NCBI GenBank assembly: GCA_020024595.1
Contig: JAHHTO010000001.1
Span: 8,348 to 72,347 of the forward strand
DNA from: Schaedlerella sp.
GTDB taxonomy: Bacteria; Bacillota; Clostridia; Lachnospirales; Lachnospiraceae
Direction of reading: 5' to 3'
DNA: 64,000 nucleotides
Shown here piece after piece: positions 23,168-36,737 of this stretch (positions within the stretch are counted from its first letter, which is position 1; each line of letters starts with the position of its first letter). The translations under genes and the position numbers were made by a program. The notes under the pieces are model-generated. The model had not been told where the DNA came from, searched no databases, and saw only the letters and a list, made by a program, of their open reading frames with translations.

Positions 23168-23248
23168 TTACATTATTTAGCCAGGAACTATTTTTCTTCT
23201 CTCATATACGCTATAACTTAAAGTATATATCATTTTGTATCATATCAT

Positions 23249-25231
23249 TTATAATAATCCACCAATAGAAAGGAAAAGCGGTGCAAATACAAGTGAAACA
23301 ATGGTCATCAGCTTAATCAGGATGTTAATAGATGGTCCTGATGTATCTTTAAACGGATCTCCGACTGTATCTCCAACAACTGCTGCTTTATGAGCCTCAC
23401 TACCCTTTCCGCCGTGATTTCCCGTCTCAATATATTTCTTTGCATTATCCCATGCGCCGCCGGCATTTGACATAAAGATTGCCATCAGCACACCTGTTAC
23501 CAGCGCACCCGCCAACAATCCGCCAAGTGCATCTACACCAAGCACAACACCGACAAGGATTGGAACAGCAACCGCCATTAATCCCGGTAACAACATCTCA
23601 TGTAACGCTGCTGTTGTCGAAATTCCGACACAGGATGTATAATCCGGTTTCTCAGTTCCCTCCATGATTCCCGGTTTCTCGCGGAACTGACGCCTTACTT
23701 CTTCGATCATTTTATATGCCGCCTTAGAGACCGAATCCATAGTGAACGCAGAGAACAGGAATGTCAGCATACCGCCGATAAAAATACCAATGATAACTTT
23801 ATGATCCAACAGATTGATTGCGTCCAGTTTTACAGCTTCTGCATAAGAAACGAACAATGCCAGTGCTGTCAAAGCAGCAGAGCCGATCGCAAATCCCTTT
23901 CCCATCGCTGCCGTTGTATTTCCTACCGAATCAAGCTTATCTGTGATCTCACGAACAGATTCATCCAATCCTGCCATTTCTGCAATACCACCTGCATTAT
24001 CAGCAATCGGTCCATAAGCATCAACTGCCACTGTAATTCCTGTTGTCGAAAGCATACCTACTGCCGCCAATGCAATCCCATACAGACCGTTTGCCTGGAA
24101 AGCAACAAAGATACCTACACAAATCAGAAGCAACGGAATCGCTGTGGATTGCATACCAACTGCAATACCACTGATAATCGTTGTTGCCGGGCCTGTCTCC
24201 GACTGCTCACCAATCTTTTTTACCGGCTTATAATCTGCAGATGTATAATACTCTGTTACATTACCGATAACCACCCCGACTACCAGACCTGCGATTACTG
24301 CGATCGCTGCCCTCATATTGCCAAACACGATCTGGCTTAATACCAGAGATGCAATGATGACCAATGCCGCAGACACATAACTACCTCTCGTAAGTGCCTT
24401 CTGTGGATTTGCATTCTCATCGCCTTTTACAAAGAATGTAGCAATGATAGATGCCACAAGACCACAGGCTGCAATTGCCAGTGGATACAGGACGCCTGCT
24501 GCCGCAGCCACAACTGCTCCAAGCGTCAGCGAAGACACAAGCGAACCTACATATGACTCAAACAAGTCTGCTCCCATACCGGCAACATCACCGACATTGT
24601 CACCAACATTATCTGCAATTACCGCCGGATTGCGTGGATCATCTTCTGGAATTCCCGCTTCAACCTTACCTACCAGGTCAGCTCCAACATCAGCAGCTTT
24701 TGTATAAATACCGCCTCCTACACGAGCAAAAAGTGCAATTGAAGACGCACCAAGACTGAATCCTGACAATACATCAACATTTTTTGTAATGATATATACA
24801 AGACTCACGCCCAACGCACCCAGACCGGCTACACACATTCCCATAACCGCTCCACCGGAAAAGGCGATGGAAAGTGCTTTATTCATACCACTTTCTTTTG
24901 CTGCATTTGCAGTTCTCACATTTGCTTTTGTCGCAACGGTCATTCCACAGTACCCTGCGATCGTGGAGAACAATGCTCCTATTACGAAGCAGACAGCTGT
25001 TACCCAGCTACCAATCCCAACACCAATCAATATAAATAGGACAGCTACAAAAATCACGAGAATCTTATACTCTGCTGTCAAAAATGCTCGAGCCCCCTCT
25101 GCAATCGCACCAGAGATCTCTTTCATTTTCTCCGTTCCTACACTCTGCCTACTGACTTTCATTGCCAGATACACTGCAAATACAAGCGCCAACACGGCTG
25201 CAGTCGGAACGAGAATCATCCACTTTTCCAT
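23249..25231 (-). CDS. hppA: Membrane-integral K+-dependent (probably Na+-translocating) pyrophosphatase
   Basis: [35 protein letters not shown] (Ala marks the K+-dependent type), [10 protein letters not shown]. Confidence 0.95.
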   Translation of the reverse strand: MEKWMILVPTAAVLALVFAVYLAMKVSRQSVGTEKMKEISGAIAEGARAFLTAEYKILVIFVAVLFILIGVGIGSWVTAVCFVIGALFSTIAGYCGMTVATKANVRTANAAKESGMNKALSIAFSGGAVMGMCVAGLGALGVSLVYIITKNVDVLSGFSLGASSIALFARVGGGIYTKAADVGADLVGKVEAGIPEDDPRNPAVIADNVGDNVGDVAGMGADLFESYVGSLVSSLTLGAVVAAAAGVLYPLAIAACGLVASIIATFFVKGDENANPQKALTRGSYVSAALVIIASLVLSQIVFGNMRAAIAVIAGLVVGVVIGNVTEYYTSADYKPVKKIGEQSETGPATTIISGIAVGMQSTAIPLLLICVGIFVAFQANGLYGIALAAVGMLSTTGITVAVDAYGPIADNAGGIAEMAGLDESVREITDKLDSVGNTTAAMGKGFAIGSAALTALALFVSYAEAVKLDAINLLDHKVIIGIFIGGMLTFLFSAFTMDSVSKAAYKMIEEVRRQFREKPGIMEGTEKPDYTSCVGISTTAALHEMLLPGLMAVAVPILVGVVLGVDALGGLLAGALVTGVLMAIFMSNAGGAWDNAKKYIETGNHGGKGSEAHKAAVVGDTVGDPFKDTSGPSINILIKLMTIVSLVFAPLFLSIGGLL

Positions 25232-25520
25232 ACTTTCATCCTCCTGTAAATAAATATTCCCCATTGCCTCAAGATCCATTTTTACGTCTGTCAGCAAAAA
25301 AGAGCTCAACTCATCTTACTCAAGTTCGCTCATTCTCTCTTTATTATACCTGTTCTATATTTCTTTTGCAAGTGGTAATTATAAATCTTGCATTTTTACA
25401 GATGTCAGCATTTCTTTTTTTAATTTTTACTACGTTTTTACAGATTCTGATTCGTATATCTAAATATTTTTTAGATGTGCTAATGATTTTTTAGTATATA
25501 CAAAAATTCACATTAAAATC

Positions 25521-25559
25521 AAAAAAGAAAGCTGCTATCTTTCTGACAGCAGCTTTCCC
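25521..25559 (-). terminator. Terminator of rpoC
   Basis: GAAAGCTGCT...AGCAGCTTTC with a U-tract on the minus strand. Confidence 0.7.
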
Positions 25560-25599
25560 ATTCTTCTGATTTAAGTGTATATATCAGGTTATTAGTTCT

Positions 25600-28500
25600 C
25601 TATTCTTCTGTAAGAGTAATCTCTTGCTGTATCTCTGCTTCTTCCACAGTTCTTTCGTCTAAAATCGCTGTTTCCTCTTCCTCCAGCAATTCAAGCATTT
25701 CCTTCTGATTCTTTTGATCTGTATTCAAACACACATCACGATACTTTCTCATACCTGTACCAGCCGGAATATGCTTACCGATAATAACATTTTCCTTCAG
25801 GCCGATCAAATGGTCAACTTTACCCTTGATCGCCGCTTCTGTCAGAACCTTTGTTGTCTCCTGGAAAGAAGCCGCTGAGAGGAAGGAATCTGTTGCCAGA
25901 GAAGCCTTCGTAATACCAAGCATAATCTGCTCTCCTGTTGCAGGCTCTTTTCCTTCTGCTATCAACTGTTCATTCACTTCATTGAATTCCAGTACATCAG
26001 CCATGCTGCCCGGAAGGAATTCACTGTCTCCGTTTTCTTCGACACGAATCTTTTTCAGCATCTGACGAACAATTACTTCGATATGCTTATCATTGATTTC
26101 TACACCCTGCAGACGATATACACGCTGTACTTCACGCAGCAGATAATCCTGTGCTGCACGAAGTCCTTTGATTTTCAGGATATCATGCGGGTTTACGCTA
26201 CCTTCTGTCAGTTCATCACCAGCCTCAAGTACCTGTCCGTCCTGCACCTTGATGCGTGAACCATATGGAATCAGATACGCCTTAGACTCTCCGGTTTCAT
26301 AATTTGTTACGATAACTTCTCGCTTTTTCTTTGTATCACTTAGAGTTGCAGTTCCTGCAAACTCTGTAATAATCGCAAGTCCCTTCGGCTTTCTAGCCTC
26401 AAACAACTCCTCAACACGAGGAAGACCCTGTGTGATATCATCACCGGCAACTCCACCTGTATGGAATGTACGCATGGTCAACTGTGTACCCGGCTCACCA
26501 ATAGATTGTGCAGCAATGATTCCTACAGCCTCTCCGACCTGTACTGCCTCTCCGGTCGCCATATTGGCTCCATAGCACTTGGAGCACACACCATTCTTAC
26601 AAGTACATGTCAGTATCGTACGGATTTTAACTTTTTCAAGCGGATTTCCATTCTCATCTACGCCTTTTTTCATGACCTTCTCAGCACGTCTCGGTGTAAT
26701 CATATGATTTGCTTTTACGATTACTTTACCATCTTTATCCTTAATGTCCTCACAAGAAAAACGTCCTGTGATACGTTCTTGAAGACTCTCAATCTCTTCG
26801 TTTCCGTCCATGAATGCTTTTACATACATTCCCGGTATCTCTTTGCCTGTTCCTTCCACACAGTCACTGTCATGGATGATCAGTTCCTGTGATACATCTA
26901 CAAGACGCCTTGTCAGGTAACCAGAGTCGGCTGTACGAAGCGCTGTGTCAGACAGACCTTTACGAGCACCATGCGCGGACATAAAATACTCCAATACATC
27001 CAGTCCCTCACGGAAATTAGACTTGATCGGCAACTCAATCGTACGTCCTGTTGTATCTGCCATCAATCCACGCATACCTGCAAGCTGTTTAATCTGCTTG
27101 TCAGAACCACGGGCTCCGGAATCCGCCATCATAAAGATGTTATTGTACTTATCCAGACCAGACAAAAGTGCTTCTGTCAGCTTATCATCTGTATTCTTCC
27201 ATGTCTCAACAACTTCTTTGTAGCGCTCCTCTTCCGTGATCAAACCACGTTTGTAGTTCTTTGTGATCTTATCTACAGTATCTTGTGCTTCCTGAATCAT
27301 CTGTGGCTTCTGCGGTGGAACGGTCATATCAGAAATAGATACTGTCATCGCCGCTCTTGTAGAATACTTATATCCAATAGCTTTTACATCATCCAGCACT
27401 TCTGCAGTCTGTGTCGCACCATGTGTATTGATAACTTTTTCCAGAATCTGTTTCAGCTGTTTCTTTCCTACATGGAAGTCAATTTCCAGCTTCAATTCAT
27501 TTCCTTCCACCTCACGGTCTACAAACCCTAAATCCTGCGGAATGATCTCATTGAACAGAAGACGTCCCAGCGTTGCATCGATCACACCAGTCATCTCTTC
27601 TCCGTCCGGCATCATCTTACTTACACGGACTTTGATTTTGGAGTGCAGTGTGATATATCCGTTCTCATATGCCAGAATTGCTTCACTGACATTCTTAAAA
27701 AACATACCCTCGCCTTTTACTCCTGATCTCTCCTGTGTCAGGTAGTAGATTCCAAGTACCATATCCTGCGAAGGAACCGCTACCGGACCACCATCTGACG
27801 GCTTCAACAGATTGTTTGGAGAAAGAAGCAGGAACCGGCACTCAGCCTGTGCTTCTACAGATAACGGCACATGTACCGCCATTTGGTCACCATCAAAGTC
27901 AGCATTATAAGCAGTACATACAAGCGGATGCAGCTTGATTGCTTTACCCTCTACCAGAATTGGCTCAAATGCCTGAATTCCAAGTCTGTGCAGCGTAGGA
28001 GCACGGTTCAGCATAACCGGATGTTCTTTGATCACTTCCTCGAGTACATCCCATACCTCCGGCTGAAGTCTCTCCACCATTTTCTTTGCATTTTTAATGT
28101 TATGCGCTGTTCCATTTGCTACCAATTCCTTCATAACAAACGGTTTAAATAGCTCGATTGCCATTTCTTTCGGCAGACCACACTGATAAATCTTCAATTC
28201 CGGTCCAACGACAATAACGGAACGTCCAGAGTAGTCAACACGCTTTCCAAGCAGGTTCTGACGGAAACGTCCGGATTTTCCTTTCAACATATCAGACAGA
28301 GACTTCAATGCTCTGTTTCCCGGTCCCGTAACCGGACGCCCACGACGTCCATTATCAATCAATGCATCCACCGCTTCTTGAAGCATACGTTTCTCATTGC
28401 GCACAATAATGTCTGGTGCACCAAGTTCCAGAAGTCTCTTCAAACGGTTATTACGGTTGATAATTCTTCTGTACAAATCATTTAAATCTGAGGTTGCAAA

Positions 28501-29265
28501 ACGTCCTCCATCCAGTTGCACCATCGGACGAAGATCCGGCGGAATCACCGGGATTGCATTCAAAATCATCCACTCTGGCTTATTTCCGGACTCCCGGAAT
28601 GCTTCCACGACTTCCAGACGTTTCACGATTCTTGCTCGCTTCTGTCCTGTCGAATTTTCCAGTGCGTCTTGGAGTTCTGCATATTCTTTCTCCAGGTCAA
28701 TTGCCTGAAGCAGTTCCTGTATTGCTTCGGCTCCCATACCTACACGAAAGCCTCTTCCCCATTTTTCTCTTTCTTCCTGATACTCTGCCTCAGAAAGTAC
28801 CTGCTTATACTGCAGGCTGGTCTCTCCCTTGTCAAGTACAATATAAGAGGCAAAGTAGAGGACTCTCTCCAAAGTTCTCGGAGAGATATCCAGAATCAGT
28901 CCCATACGGCTCGGAATTCCCTTAAAATACCAGATATGAGAAACCGGTGCCGCCAGAGCGATATGTCCCATACGTTCACGACGCACACTTGCCTTAGTAA
29001 CTTCAACACCACATCGATCACAAACTACGCCTTTATAACGAATCTTTTTATATTTTCCACAATGACACTCCCAGTCTTTGCTAGGTCCAAAAATTCTTTC
29101 ACAGAAAAGACCGTCTTTTTCCGGTTTCAGTGTTCTATAGTTGATCGTCTCCGGCTTGGTAACCTCACCTCTTGACCATTCCAGAATCTTCTCCGGTGAA
29201 GCCAGACCGATTTTAATTGCATCAAATGTTAACGGCTGATTTTGTTGTTCATTGTTATTTGACAT
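25600..29265 (-). CDS. rpoC: RNA polymerase beta' subunit
   Basis: NADFDGD catalytic motif, N-terminal Zn finger. Confidence 0.99.
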   Translation of the reverse strand: MSNNNEQQNQPLTFDAIKIGLASPEKILEWSRGEVTKPETINYRTLKPEKDGLFCERIFGPSKDWECHCGKYKKIRYKGVVCDRCGVEVTKASVRRERMGHIALAAPVSHIWYFKGIPSRMGLILDISPRTLERVLYFASYIVLDKGETSLQYKQVLSEAEYQEEREKWGRGFRVGMGAEAIQELLQAIDLEKEYAELQDALENSTGQKRARIVKRLEVVEAFRESGNKPEWMILNAIPVIPPDLRPMVQLDGGRFATSDLNDLYRRIINRNNRLKRLLELGAPDIIVRNEKRMLQEAVDALIDNGRRGRPVTGPGNRALKSLSDMLKGKSGRFRQNLLGKRVDYSGRSVIVVGPELKIYQCGLPKEMAIELFKPFVMKELVANGTAHNIKNAKKMVERLQPEVWDVLEEVIKEHPVMLNRAPTLHRLGIQAFEPILVEGKAIKLHPLVCTAYNADFDGDQMAVHVPLSVEAQAECRFLLLSPNNLLKPSDGGPVAVPSQDMVLGIYYLTQERSGVKGEGMFFKNVSEAILAYENGYITLHSKIKVRVSKMMPDGEEMTGVIDATLGRLLFNEIIPQDLGFVDREVEGNELKLEIDFHVGKKQLKQILEKVINTHGATQTAEVLDDVKAIGYKYSTRAAMTVSISDMTVPPQKPQMIQEAQDTVDKITKNYKRGLITEEERYKEVVETWKNTDDKLTEALLSGLDKYNNIFMMADSGARGSDKQIKQLAGMRGLMADTTGRTIELPIKSNFREGLDVLEYFMSAHGARKGLSDTALRTADSGYLTRRLVDVSQELIIHDSDCVEGTGKEIPGMYVKAFMDGNEEIESLQERITGRFSCEDIKDKDGKVIVKANHMITPRRAEKVMKKGVDENGNPLEKVKIRTILTCTCKNGVCSKCYGANMATGEAVQVGEAVGIIAAQSIGEPGTQLTMRTFHTGGVAGDDITQGLPRVEELFEARKPKGLAIITEFAGTATLSDTKKKREVIVTNYETGESKAYLIPYGSRIKVQDGQVLEAGDELTEGSVNPHDILKIKGLRAAQDYLLREVQRVYRLQGVEINDKHIEVIVRQMLKKIRVEENGDSEFLPGSMADVLEFNEVNEQLIAEGKEPATGEQIMLGITKASLATDSFLSAASFQETTKVLTEAAIKGKVDHLIGLKENVIIGKHIPAGTGMRKYRDVCLNTDQKNQKEMLELLEEEETAILDERTVEEAEIQQEITLTEE

Positions 29266-29279
29266 AAAGTTGGCTCCTC

Positions 29280-32200
29280 CTATTCTTCATCTTCATAATA
29301 CTCATCGAATTCGATTGTTTCACTGTCGTCGAAATCATCCTCTTCCGGTTCTACATCTTCTAACTCACCGTCCACAAATTCCTGTTCGGTATATCCATGT
29401 TCTCCGTAAGACTCTTTCTCATCACGATATCTTCTGTCTCCTTCGATGATCGAGCGAAGATCTGTCTCGCCGTAATCTACAGTTTCCATAATCTCTACTT
29501 CTGTATTGTCATCGCGAAGTACGCGCACGTCCAGAGCAAGAGACTGCAATTCTTTCAAAAGTACCTTAAATGATTCCGGAATACCAGGCTCTGGAATATT
29601 TTCACCTTTGATAATTGCCTCATAAGTCTTCACACGTCCAACAACATCATCAGACTTCACAGTCAGAATTTCCTGCAACGTATAGGATGCACCATACGCC
29701 TCCAGTGCCCAAACTTCCATCTCTCCAAAACGCTGTCCACCAAACTGTGCTTTACCACCCAGAGGCTGTTGTGTAACAAGAGAGTACGGACCGGTAGAAC
29801 GTGCATGGATCTTGTCATCTACCAAGTGATGCAGCTTCAGATAGTGCATGTGTCCAATGGTAACCGGACTGTCAAAATACTCACCTGTACGTCCATCTCT
29901 CAGGCGCACCTTACCATCTCTTGAAAGTGGTACCCCTTTCCAAAGCTTTCTGTGTTCTCTATTATCGGATAGATACTGAAGCACTTCGGGAAGCAATTCT
30001 TCACCGTGTCTCTTCTCAAATTCATCCCAATCCAGATTGACATAATCATTTGCCAAATCCAGAGTATCCATAATATCAATCTCGTTCGCACCATCAAAAA
30101 CCGGGGTCGAAATATTAAAGCCAAGTGCCTTGGCTGCAAGACTCAAATGAATTTCCAACACCTGACCGATATTCATACGAGATGGTACACCAAGTGGATT
30201 CAACACAATATCCAACGGACGGCCATTCGGCAGGAATGGCATATCTTCTACCGGAAGCACACGGGAAACGACACCCTTATTACCATGACGACCAGCCATC
30301 TTATCTCCAACAGAAATTTTTCTCTTCTGTGCAATATAGATGCGTACGGACTGATTCACTCCCGGAGACAGCTCATCGCCATTCTCTCTTGTAAATACCT
30401 TTGCATCCACAACAATACCATATTCACCATGCGGTACTTTCAGAGAAGTATCCCTGACCTCACGTGCTTTCTCACCAAAAATCGCACGCAACAGTCTTTC
30501 TTCCGCTGTCAGTTCTGTTTCTCCCTTCGGCGTTACTTTTCCAACCAAAATGTCTCCGGCACGAACCTCTGCTCCAATCCGGATAATTCCTCTTTCATCC
30601 AAATCTTTCAGAGCATCATCTCCAACACCCGGAATATCTCTTGTAATCTCCTCTGGTCCTAGCTTGGTATCACGTGCCTCTGCCTCATATTCTTCAATGT
30701 GAACAGAGGTATAAACATCATCCTGTACCAATCTCTCACTCAGCAAAACAGCATCCTCGTAGTTGTAACCTTCCCATGTCATAAATCCGATCAGAGGGTT
30801 CTTTCCAAGTGCCATCTCTCCCATAGATGTAGACGGACCGTCCGCAATTACTTGTCCTTCCTCAACTCGCTCACCTTTATCCACAATCGGTCTCTGATTG
30901 TAGCAGTTGCTTTGGTTACTTCTTAAGAATTTTGTGAGCTTATATGTCTTCTTCGCACCGTCATCCTGTTTGATCGTAATCTCTGTAGAAGTAGAACTTT
31001 CTACAACACCACCTTGTTCTGCAACCATACACACACCGGAGTCAACAGCTGATTTTACTTCCATACCTGTTCCGACTACCGGCGCTTCTGTTGTCAAGAG
31101 CGGCACTGCCTGACGCTGCATGTTTGATCCCATCAACGCACGGTTGGCATCGTCATTTTCCAAGAACGGGATCAATGCTGTTGCCACCGAGAATACCATC
31201 TTCGGAGAAACGTCCATATAATCAAACTTATTTCTCTCGTATTCCTGCGTCTCCTCACGATAACGACCGGATACATTCTTATGGATAAAATGTCCTTCTT
31301 CATCTAAAGGCTCATTCGCCTGTGCAACATGATAATTATCTTCTTCATCAGCCGTCATGTATACAACTTCTTCTGTAACAACCGGATTTACTGAGTCCGT
31401 CTTATCGATTTTTCTGTATGGAGCCTCAACAAAACCGTACTGGTTGATTCTCGCATAGCATGCAAGCGAGTTGATCAGACCGATGTTCGGTCCTTCAGGT
31501 GTCTCGATTGGACACATTCTTCCATAATGAGAATAGTGTACATCTCGAACCTCAAATCCGGCACGGTCACGAGACAAACCTCCTGGTCCCAACGCAGACA
31601 GACGTCTCTTGTGTGTCAACTCACCAAGCGGATTATTCTGATCCATGAACTGGGATAGCTGGGAGGAACCAAAAAATTCCTTCACCGCTGCTGTTACCGG
31701 CTTAATATTAATCAACGTCTGTGGAGAAATCCCTTCCTGATCCTGAGTAGTCATACGTTCACGAACTACACGCTCCAATCTGGAAAGACCGATTCTGTAC
31801 TGGTTCTGAAGCAGTTCTCCGACTGCACGAATACGACGATTTCCCAAATGGTCAATATCATCATCATTTCCCATACCATATTCCAAATGAATATTGTAGT
31901 TAATAGAAGCAAGGATATCTTCCTTTGTAATGTGCTTTGGAATCAAATCATGGATATCTCTCTTGATCATTCGTTTCAGTTCGTCGATGTCTCCTGCAGA
32001 CTCTTCCAGAATTCCTTCCAGAACAGGATAATATACTTGTTCTGTCACACCAACTTCCTCTGGGTCAATCTCTATAACAGACTGCAGATCCACCATCATA
32101 TTAGAAAGAATCTTGATATTGCGGGACTCATCCTCACCCTCTACCCAGATATACGGCACTGCCGCGTTCTGAATAGTATCAGCAAGCTCTCTTGTAATCT

Positions 32201-33137
32201 TCATTCCCTTTTCCGCAACCACTTCGCCTGTCACCCTGCTCACAACATCCTCCGCAAGCACCTGACCGGCAACCCGGTTCTTAAGCATGAGCTTCTTATT
32301 AAACTTATATCGTCCTACCTTTGCAAGATCATAACGCCTTGGATCAAAGACCACACTTGTAATAAGGCTCTCTGCACTGTCTACTGCAAGAGGTTCACCC
32401 GGACGAATCTTTTTGTACAACTCTAACAGACCTTCCTGATAGTTCTCAGCAACGTCCTTTCCAAAGCTCGCTAAAATCTTAGGTTCTTCACCGAACAGTT
32501 CTAAGATTTCCGGATTTGTTCCGATACCAAGTGCACGAATCAACACCGTAATCGGCACTTTTCTTGTTCTGTCAACACGAACGTAAAATACGTCATTTGA
32601 ATCTGTCTCATATTCCAACCATGCACCACGATTCGGAATCACTGTAGAAGAATATAATTCTTTCCCTACTTTATCATGTGCAATTGCATAGTAGATTCCA
32701 GGAGAACGAACCAACTGGCTTACAATAACACGTTCAGCACCATTAATCACAAAAGTACCTGTTGCAGTCATAAGCGGAAGATCCCCCATGAAAATCTCAT
32801 GTTCGTTAATTTCATCAGTTTCTTTATTATAAAGTCTTACTCTCACTTTCAAAGGTGCTGCGTAAGTTGCGTCGCGCTCTTTGCATTCCTCAATCGTGTA
32901 CTTTACATCATCTTCGCATAGTGTAAAATCTACGAATTCAAGGCTCAGATGACCACTATAGTCAGAAATTGGCGAAATATCTTCAAACACTTCTTTTAAT
33001 CCGGCATCCAGAAACCATTGATAAGAATCTTTCTGAACTTCAATTAAATTCGGCATCTGCAATACTTCTTTTTGCCTTGCATAGCTCATACGCGAACTTT
33101 TTCCGTTTGTGATGGGACGAATTCTGTTTTTCTCCAT
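29280..33137 (-). CDS. rpoB: RNA polymerase beta subunit
   Basis: [31 protein letters not shown] before ATG 33137. Confidence 0.99.
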   Translation of the reverse strand: MEKNRIRPITNGKSSRMSYARQKEVLQMPNLIEVQKDSYQWFLDAGLKEVFEDISPISDYSGHLSLEFVDFTLCEDDVKYTIEECKERDATYAAPLKVRVRLYNKETDEINEHEIFMGDLPLMTATGTFVINGAERVIVSQLVRSPGIYYAIAHDKVGKELYSSTVIPNRGAWLEYETDSNDVFYVRVDRTRKVPITVLIRALGIGTNPEILELFGEEPKILASFGKDVAENYQEGLLELYKKIRPGEPLAVDSAESLITSVVFDPRRYDLAKVGRYKFNKKLMLKNRVAGQVLAEDVVSRVTGEVVAEKGMKITRELADTIQNAAVPYIWVEGEDESRNIKILSNMMVDLQSVIEIDPEEVGVTEQVYYPVLEGILEESAGDIDELKRMIKRDIHDLIPKHITKEDILASINYNIHLEYGMGNDDDIDHLGNRRIRAVGELLQNQYRIGLSRLERVVRERMTTQDQEGISPQTLINIKPVTAAVKEFFGSSQLSQFMDQNNPLGELTHKRRLSALGPGGLSRDRAGFEVRDVHYSHYGRMCPIETPEGPNIGLINSLACYARINQYGFVEAPYRKIDKTDSVNPVVTEEVVYMTADEEDNYHVAQANEPLDEEGHFIHKNVSGRYREETQEYERNKFDYMDVSPKMVFSVATALIPFLENDDANRALMGSNMQRQAVPLLTTEAPVVGTGMEVKSAVDSGVCMVAEQGGVVESSTSTEITIKQDDGAKKTYKLTKFLRSNQSNCYNQRPIVDKGERVEEGQVIADGPSTSMGEMALGKNPLIGFMTWEGYNYEDAVLLSERLVQDDVYTSVHIEEYEAEARDTKLGPEEITRDIPGVGDDALKDLDERGIIRIGAEVRAGDILVGKVTPKGETELTAEERLLRAIFGEKAREVRDTSLKVPHGEYGIVVDAKVFTRENGDELSPGVNQSVRIYIAQKRKISVGDKMAGRHGNKGVVSRVLPVEDMPFLPNGRPLDIVLNPLGVPSRMNIGQVLEIHLSLAAKALGFNISTPVFDGANEIDIMDTLDLANDYVNLDWDEFEKRHGEELLPEVLQYLSDNREHRKLWKGVPLSRDGKVRLRDGRTGEYFDSPVTIGHMHYLKLHHLVDDKIHARSTGPYSLVTQQPLGGKAQFGGQRFGEMEVWALEAYGASYTLQEILTVKSDDVVGRVKTYEAIIKGENIPEPGIPESFKVLLKELQSLALDVRVLRDDNTEVEIMETVDYGETDLRSIIEGDRRYRDEKESYGEHGYTEQEFVDGELEDVEPEEDDFDDSETIEFDEYYEDEE

Positions 33138-33449
33138 TGACGTTTCACTCCTCATTTATTTTTTTGCGGGTTACAAGCCCCTGCGAAATTTCTATTCATA
33201 CTACCCTGTCCAAGAATTTCGTTTCGCAAAATTCTCTATATATAATGAAAAGAGTTCTACGCTGCGATAAAAATGCGAACCGCATGGTATACCTTTCCAT
33301 AATAGCGCATTTTTTACTATAGCATAAAACTCTTTTCACTGTCAACCGTTATTCCGAATTTTCTCCAAAAACCTCTTGACATATTTTCATTTTTGTGGTA
33401 GTTGATTTCCACATGTTCTATTCTCTTTCACCAAACTACCCAAAATATT

Positions 33450-33488
33450 AAGAATACCGCAGACGAAATGATCATCTGCGGTATTCTT
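33450..33488 (-). terminator. Terminator after rplL
   Basis: AAGAATACCGCAGA...TCTGCGGTATTCTT. Confidence 0.65.
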
Positions 33489-33535
33489 CTTGAACGTCAT
33501 ATGGATATTTGCAATCCATTCATGATTCAATGAAA

Positions 33536-33910
33536 TTATTTCAGGTTAACTTCTGCACCTTCAGCCTCAAGTTTAGCTTTCAGCTCTTCTGCTTCTGCCT
33601 TAGAAACGCCCTCTTTGATCACCTTCGGAGCACCATCAACAAGGTCTTTTGCTTCTTTCAGTCCCAGTCCTGTTACTTCACGAACCACTTTGATAACTTT
33701 AACCTTAGAAGCTCCTGCAGATGTAAGCTCTACATCAAACTCATCTTTCTCTGCTGCTGCTCCAGCTTCTGCTCCTGCTGCTGCAACTACAACACCTGCT
33801 GCTGCAGATACACCAAACTCTTCTTCACATGCTTTTACTAATTCATTTAACTCTAATACTGATAACTCTTTGATTGCTTCAATCATTTCAGCTGTTGTCA
33901 ATTTAGCCAT
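33536..33910 (-). CDS. rplL: 50S ribosomal protein L7/L12
   Basis: [29 protein letters not shown]. Confidence 0.98.
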   Translation of the reverse strand: MAKLTTAEMIEAIKELSVLELNELVKACEEEFGVSAAAGVVVAAAGAEAGAAAEKDEFDVELTSAGASKVKVIKVVREVTGLGLKEAKDLVDGAPKVIKEGVSKAEAEELKAKLEAEGAEVNLK

Positions 33911-34019
33911 TTCTATATCCTCCATTTTTAAAATTTTATCCACCGATTCTTATTTTCTTTGTGCGATCGGCTCATATTTTTCTTTGTATCCTGCCGTCTT
34001 TCATGGCATTCCCTACATC

Positions 34020-34535
34020 TTACTCCTCTGTTGGAGCCTCAGCTACAGTTTCGCCGTCTTTTTCAGCAATCTGCTTAATAACACGAGCGAAGTTTGTAAT
34101 TGGTGACTGCATACTTCCAAGCAATCTGGAAAGCAATACTTCTCTTGCCGGAATCTTAGCCAATTCATTCAGGCCATCCACATCATATACAGTTCCTTCA
34201 ACTACACCGGCCTTCAATTCCAGTTTCTCTGCTGTCTTAGCAAACTCTGCAAGAATTCTTGCCGGAGCTGTCGCATCATCCTTGGACACACAAAGTGCGC
34301 TTGGTCCCTCTAAATACTCTTCCAGACCTGCGAACTCAGTTCCTTCGAATGCTCTTTTCATCATTGTGTTCTTACAAACTTTGTAAATAACCCCAGCTTC
34401 TCTGAGCTGTTTACGAAGTTCTGTATCCTGTGCTACTGTAAGTCCACGGTAATCAACAAGAACAACAGACTGAGCGTCTTTGATGTCTTCTGCGATAGCT
34501 GCTACGATTGGTTGTTTTAATTCAACTTTTGCCAC
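34020..34535 (-). CDS. rplJ: 50S ribosomal protein L10
   Basis: GTG start AKVELKQ; DYRGLTVAQDTELRK; VCKNT. Confidence 0.96.
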   Translation of the reverse strand: MAKVELKQPIVAAIAEDIKDAQSVVLVDYRGLTVAQDTELRKQLREAGVIYKVCKNTMMKRAFEGTEFAGLEEYLEGPSALCVSKDDATAPARILAEFAKTAEKLELKAGVVEGTVYDVDGLNELAKIPAREVLLSRLLGSMQSPITNFARVIKQIAEKDGETVAEAPTEE

Positions 34536-34584
34536 GTCCTGGTGCACCTCCTTATAGATTTTAAATGACTGCGTCCAGAGACTA

Positions 34585-34705
34585 TATAAAAACCTCTGTG
34601 TCAAAGACACAGAGGTTTACAAATGCTCTTCACAAAAGAATTCGTATCTTCCTCGGCAGGCGTTTTGTCCTTATGCCTAACGGCACCTGCTGTCTTCGGC
34701 AGCCA
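34585..34705 (-). ncRNA. L10 leader (ribosomal protein attenuator)
   Basis: CCGAAGACAGCAGG...CCTGCCGAGG, then terminator AACCTCTGTGTC/GACACAGAGGTT with U-tract, upstream of rplJ. Confidence 0.85.
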
Positions 34706-34899
34706 ATTTCTATACTAGTTTAGCACTGCCATAGGAAAATGTCAAGCATTTTTTCTAAAATAGCTTTCATAAATAGCTTTCATAACTTAATGATGCACTT
34801 TTGAATTCATGGTAGATACTCTCCATGGATCCAAAAATCCCCGCTAAGCTCAAACCGAGAGCTCCGCGGGGATTTTTAATAATTTATTTCCTTTGCGGA

Positions 34900-35592
34900 T
34901 TACTGAAGCTTCATCGGATTCAGTTTTACGCCAGGTCCCATTGTAGATGTAAGAACCACACTCTTGAGATACTGACCTTTTACTGCTGCCGGTCTAACTT
35001 TGATAATCGCATCGATAAGCGTCTGGAAGTTGTCCGCTAACTGCTCTTCGGTAAAGGAAGCCTTACCGATCGGCACATGGATAATGTTTGTTTTGTCCAA
35101 TCTGTACTCAATCTTACCAGCCTTGATCTCATTGATTGCTTTTGTTACATCCATTGTAACTGTTCCTGCCTTCGGGTTTGGCATAAGACCCTTTGGTCCA
35201 AGTACACGTCCAAGACGTCCAACAACACCCATCATATCCGGTGTAGCAACAACCACATCAAAGTCAAGCCATCCCTCGTTCTGAATCTTCGGAATCAACT
35301 CATCTCCACCTACGAAATCTGCTCCTGCTGCTTTTGCTTCTTCAGCCTTTGCATCCTTAGCAAATACAAGGATACGAACAGTCTTACCTGTTCCGTGCGG
35401 CAGTACTACTGCGCCACGGATCTGCTGATCAGCATGACGTCCATCACAACCTGTTCTGATGTGAGCTTCGATTGTTTCATCAAATTTTGCAACTGCTGCT
35501 TTTTTTACCAGAGCGATTGCTTCCTCTTTTTCGTAAAGATTCCCTCTTTCAATCTGTTTTGCAGCTTCGATATATTTCTTTCCTCGTTTCAT
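34900..35592 (-). CDS. rplA: 50S ribosomal protein L1
   Basis: [31 protein letters not shown]. Confidence 0.99.
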   Translation of the reverse strand: MKRGKKYIEAAKQIERGNLYEKEEAIALVKKAAVAKFDETIEAHIRTGCDGRHADQQIRGAVVLPHGTGKTVRILVFAKDAKAEEAKAAGADFVGGDELIPKIQNEGWLDFDVVVATPDMMGVVGRLGRVLGPKGLMPNPKAGTVTMDVTKAINEIKAGKIEYRLDKTNIIHVPIGKASFTEEQLADNFQTLIDAIIKVRPAAVKGQYLKSVVLTSTMGPGVKLNPMKLQ

Positions 35593-35601
35593 TCTAATAA
35601 A

Positions 35602-35638
35602 CCTCCTTGTGGTATTTGCGGGAACGAACCCCTCCCAC
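35602..35638 (-). promoter_or_regulatory. Putative L1-binding mRNA site before rplA
   Basis: GTGGGAGGGGTTCGTTCCCGCAAATACCAC directly followed by RBS AAGGAGG. Confidence 0.7.
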
Positions 35639-35718
35639 TCATTTCACTTTGTTACATCTCTATATCGCTTTCTTTATTCTCAGGACACGAAAATAAAGTC
35701 CCCGATATATACGACACA

Positions 35719-36144
35719 CTACTCTACTACAGTTACTCCCATAGAGCGGCATGTTCCTTCGATCATGCTCATTGCTGATTCTACAGTTGCAGCATTTAAG
35801 TCAGGCATTTTTGTCTTAGCGATTTCTTCTACCTGAGCCTTTGTAATTGTTGCAACTTTGTTCTTGTTCGGAACACCTGAACCAGATTTGATATTGCAAG
35901 CTTTCTTAATCAGAACTGCTGCCGGTGGTGTCTTTGTAACGAAGCTGAAACTTCTGTCATTGTAAACAGTAATAACAACAGGAATGATCAAATCTCCCTG
36001 ATCTGCTGTTCTGGCATTGAACTGCTTTGTGAACTCTACGATATTCACACCATGCTGTCCAAGAGCAGGACCTACCGGTGGTGCCGGAGTTGCCTTACCT
36101 GCCGGAATCTGTAACTTAATATAACCTTCTACTTTTTTTGCCAT
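35719..36144 (-). CDS. rplK: 50S ribosomal protein L11
   Basis: [22 protein letters not shown]. Confidence 0.99.
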   Translation of the reverse strand: MAKKVEGYIKLQIPAGKATPAPPVGPALGQHGVNIVEFTKQFNARTADQGDLIIPVVITVYNDRSFSFVTKTPPAAVLIKKACNIKSGSGVPNKNKVATITKAQVEEIAKTKMPDLNAATVESAMSMIEGTCRSMGVTVVE

Positions 36145-36152
36145 TTTCATTA

Positions 36153-36189
36153 CCTCCTTGTGGTATTGGCGGGATAAAATCCCTCCCAC
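36153..36189 (-). promoter_or_regulatory. Putative L1-binding mRNA site before rplK
   Basis: GTGGGAGGGATTTTATCCCGCCAATACCAC directly followed by RBS AAGGAGG. Confidence 0.7.
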
Positions 36190-36193
36190 GGTT

Positions 36194-36712
36194 TTAATCC
36201 ATCTTTTTTACTTCTGAAAAGCTAAGTTCAACCGGTGTTTCCCGGCCAAATAATTCTACATTGATAGACAGGCTCTGCTTCTGCGGATTTATCGTCTGAA
36301 CCGCACCGACAGTACCTTCCCATGCACCGCTTAATACAGTCACAACATCGCCGATTTCAAAATCATACTGGATATCTGCCTGATGGATTCCGAAGCGGCT
36401 CATCTCTTCTTCCTCCAGCGGAACCGGTTTTGATCCAGGTCCTACAAACCCTGTCACACCTCGGGTATTACGAACTACATACCATGTATCATCATTCATA
36501 ATCATGTGAATCATAACATATCCCGGAAACAACTTCTTCTGGCTCACCTTCTGGACACCATTTTTCAGTTCAACAACTTCTTCCATCGGTACTCTCACTT
36601 CCAGAATCTGTTCTTCCAGGTGACGGTTCTCAATTGTCTTATCAATGTTCGCTTTTACCTTGTTCTCATACCCGGAATAGGTATGAACTACATACCATCT
36701 TGCCTCTGACAT
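36194..36712 (-). CDS. nusG: Transcription factor NusG
   Basis: [29 protein letters not shown]. Confidence 0.98.
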   Translation of the reverse strand: MSEARWYVVHTYSGYENKVKANIDKTIENRHLEEQILEVRVPMEEVVELKNGVQKVSQKKLFPGYVMIHMIMNDDTWYVVRNTRGVTGFVGPGSKPVPLEEEEMSRFGIHQADIQYDFEIGDVVTVLSGAWEGTVGAVQTINPQKQSLSINVELFGRETPVELSFSEVKKMD

Positions 36713-36737
36713 AAAATCACCTTTCTGCTCTGGTCAA

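Noticed and set aside
31585..31675. rpoB rifampicin-resistance region with PLGELTH
   Set aside because: The key Q, D, H, R and S residues are wild-type; the G position varies among Firmicutes.
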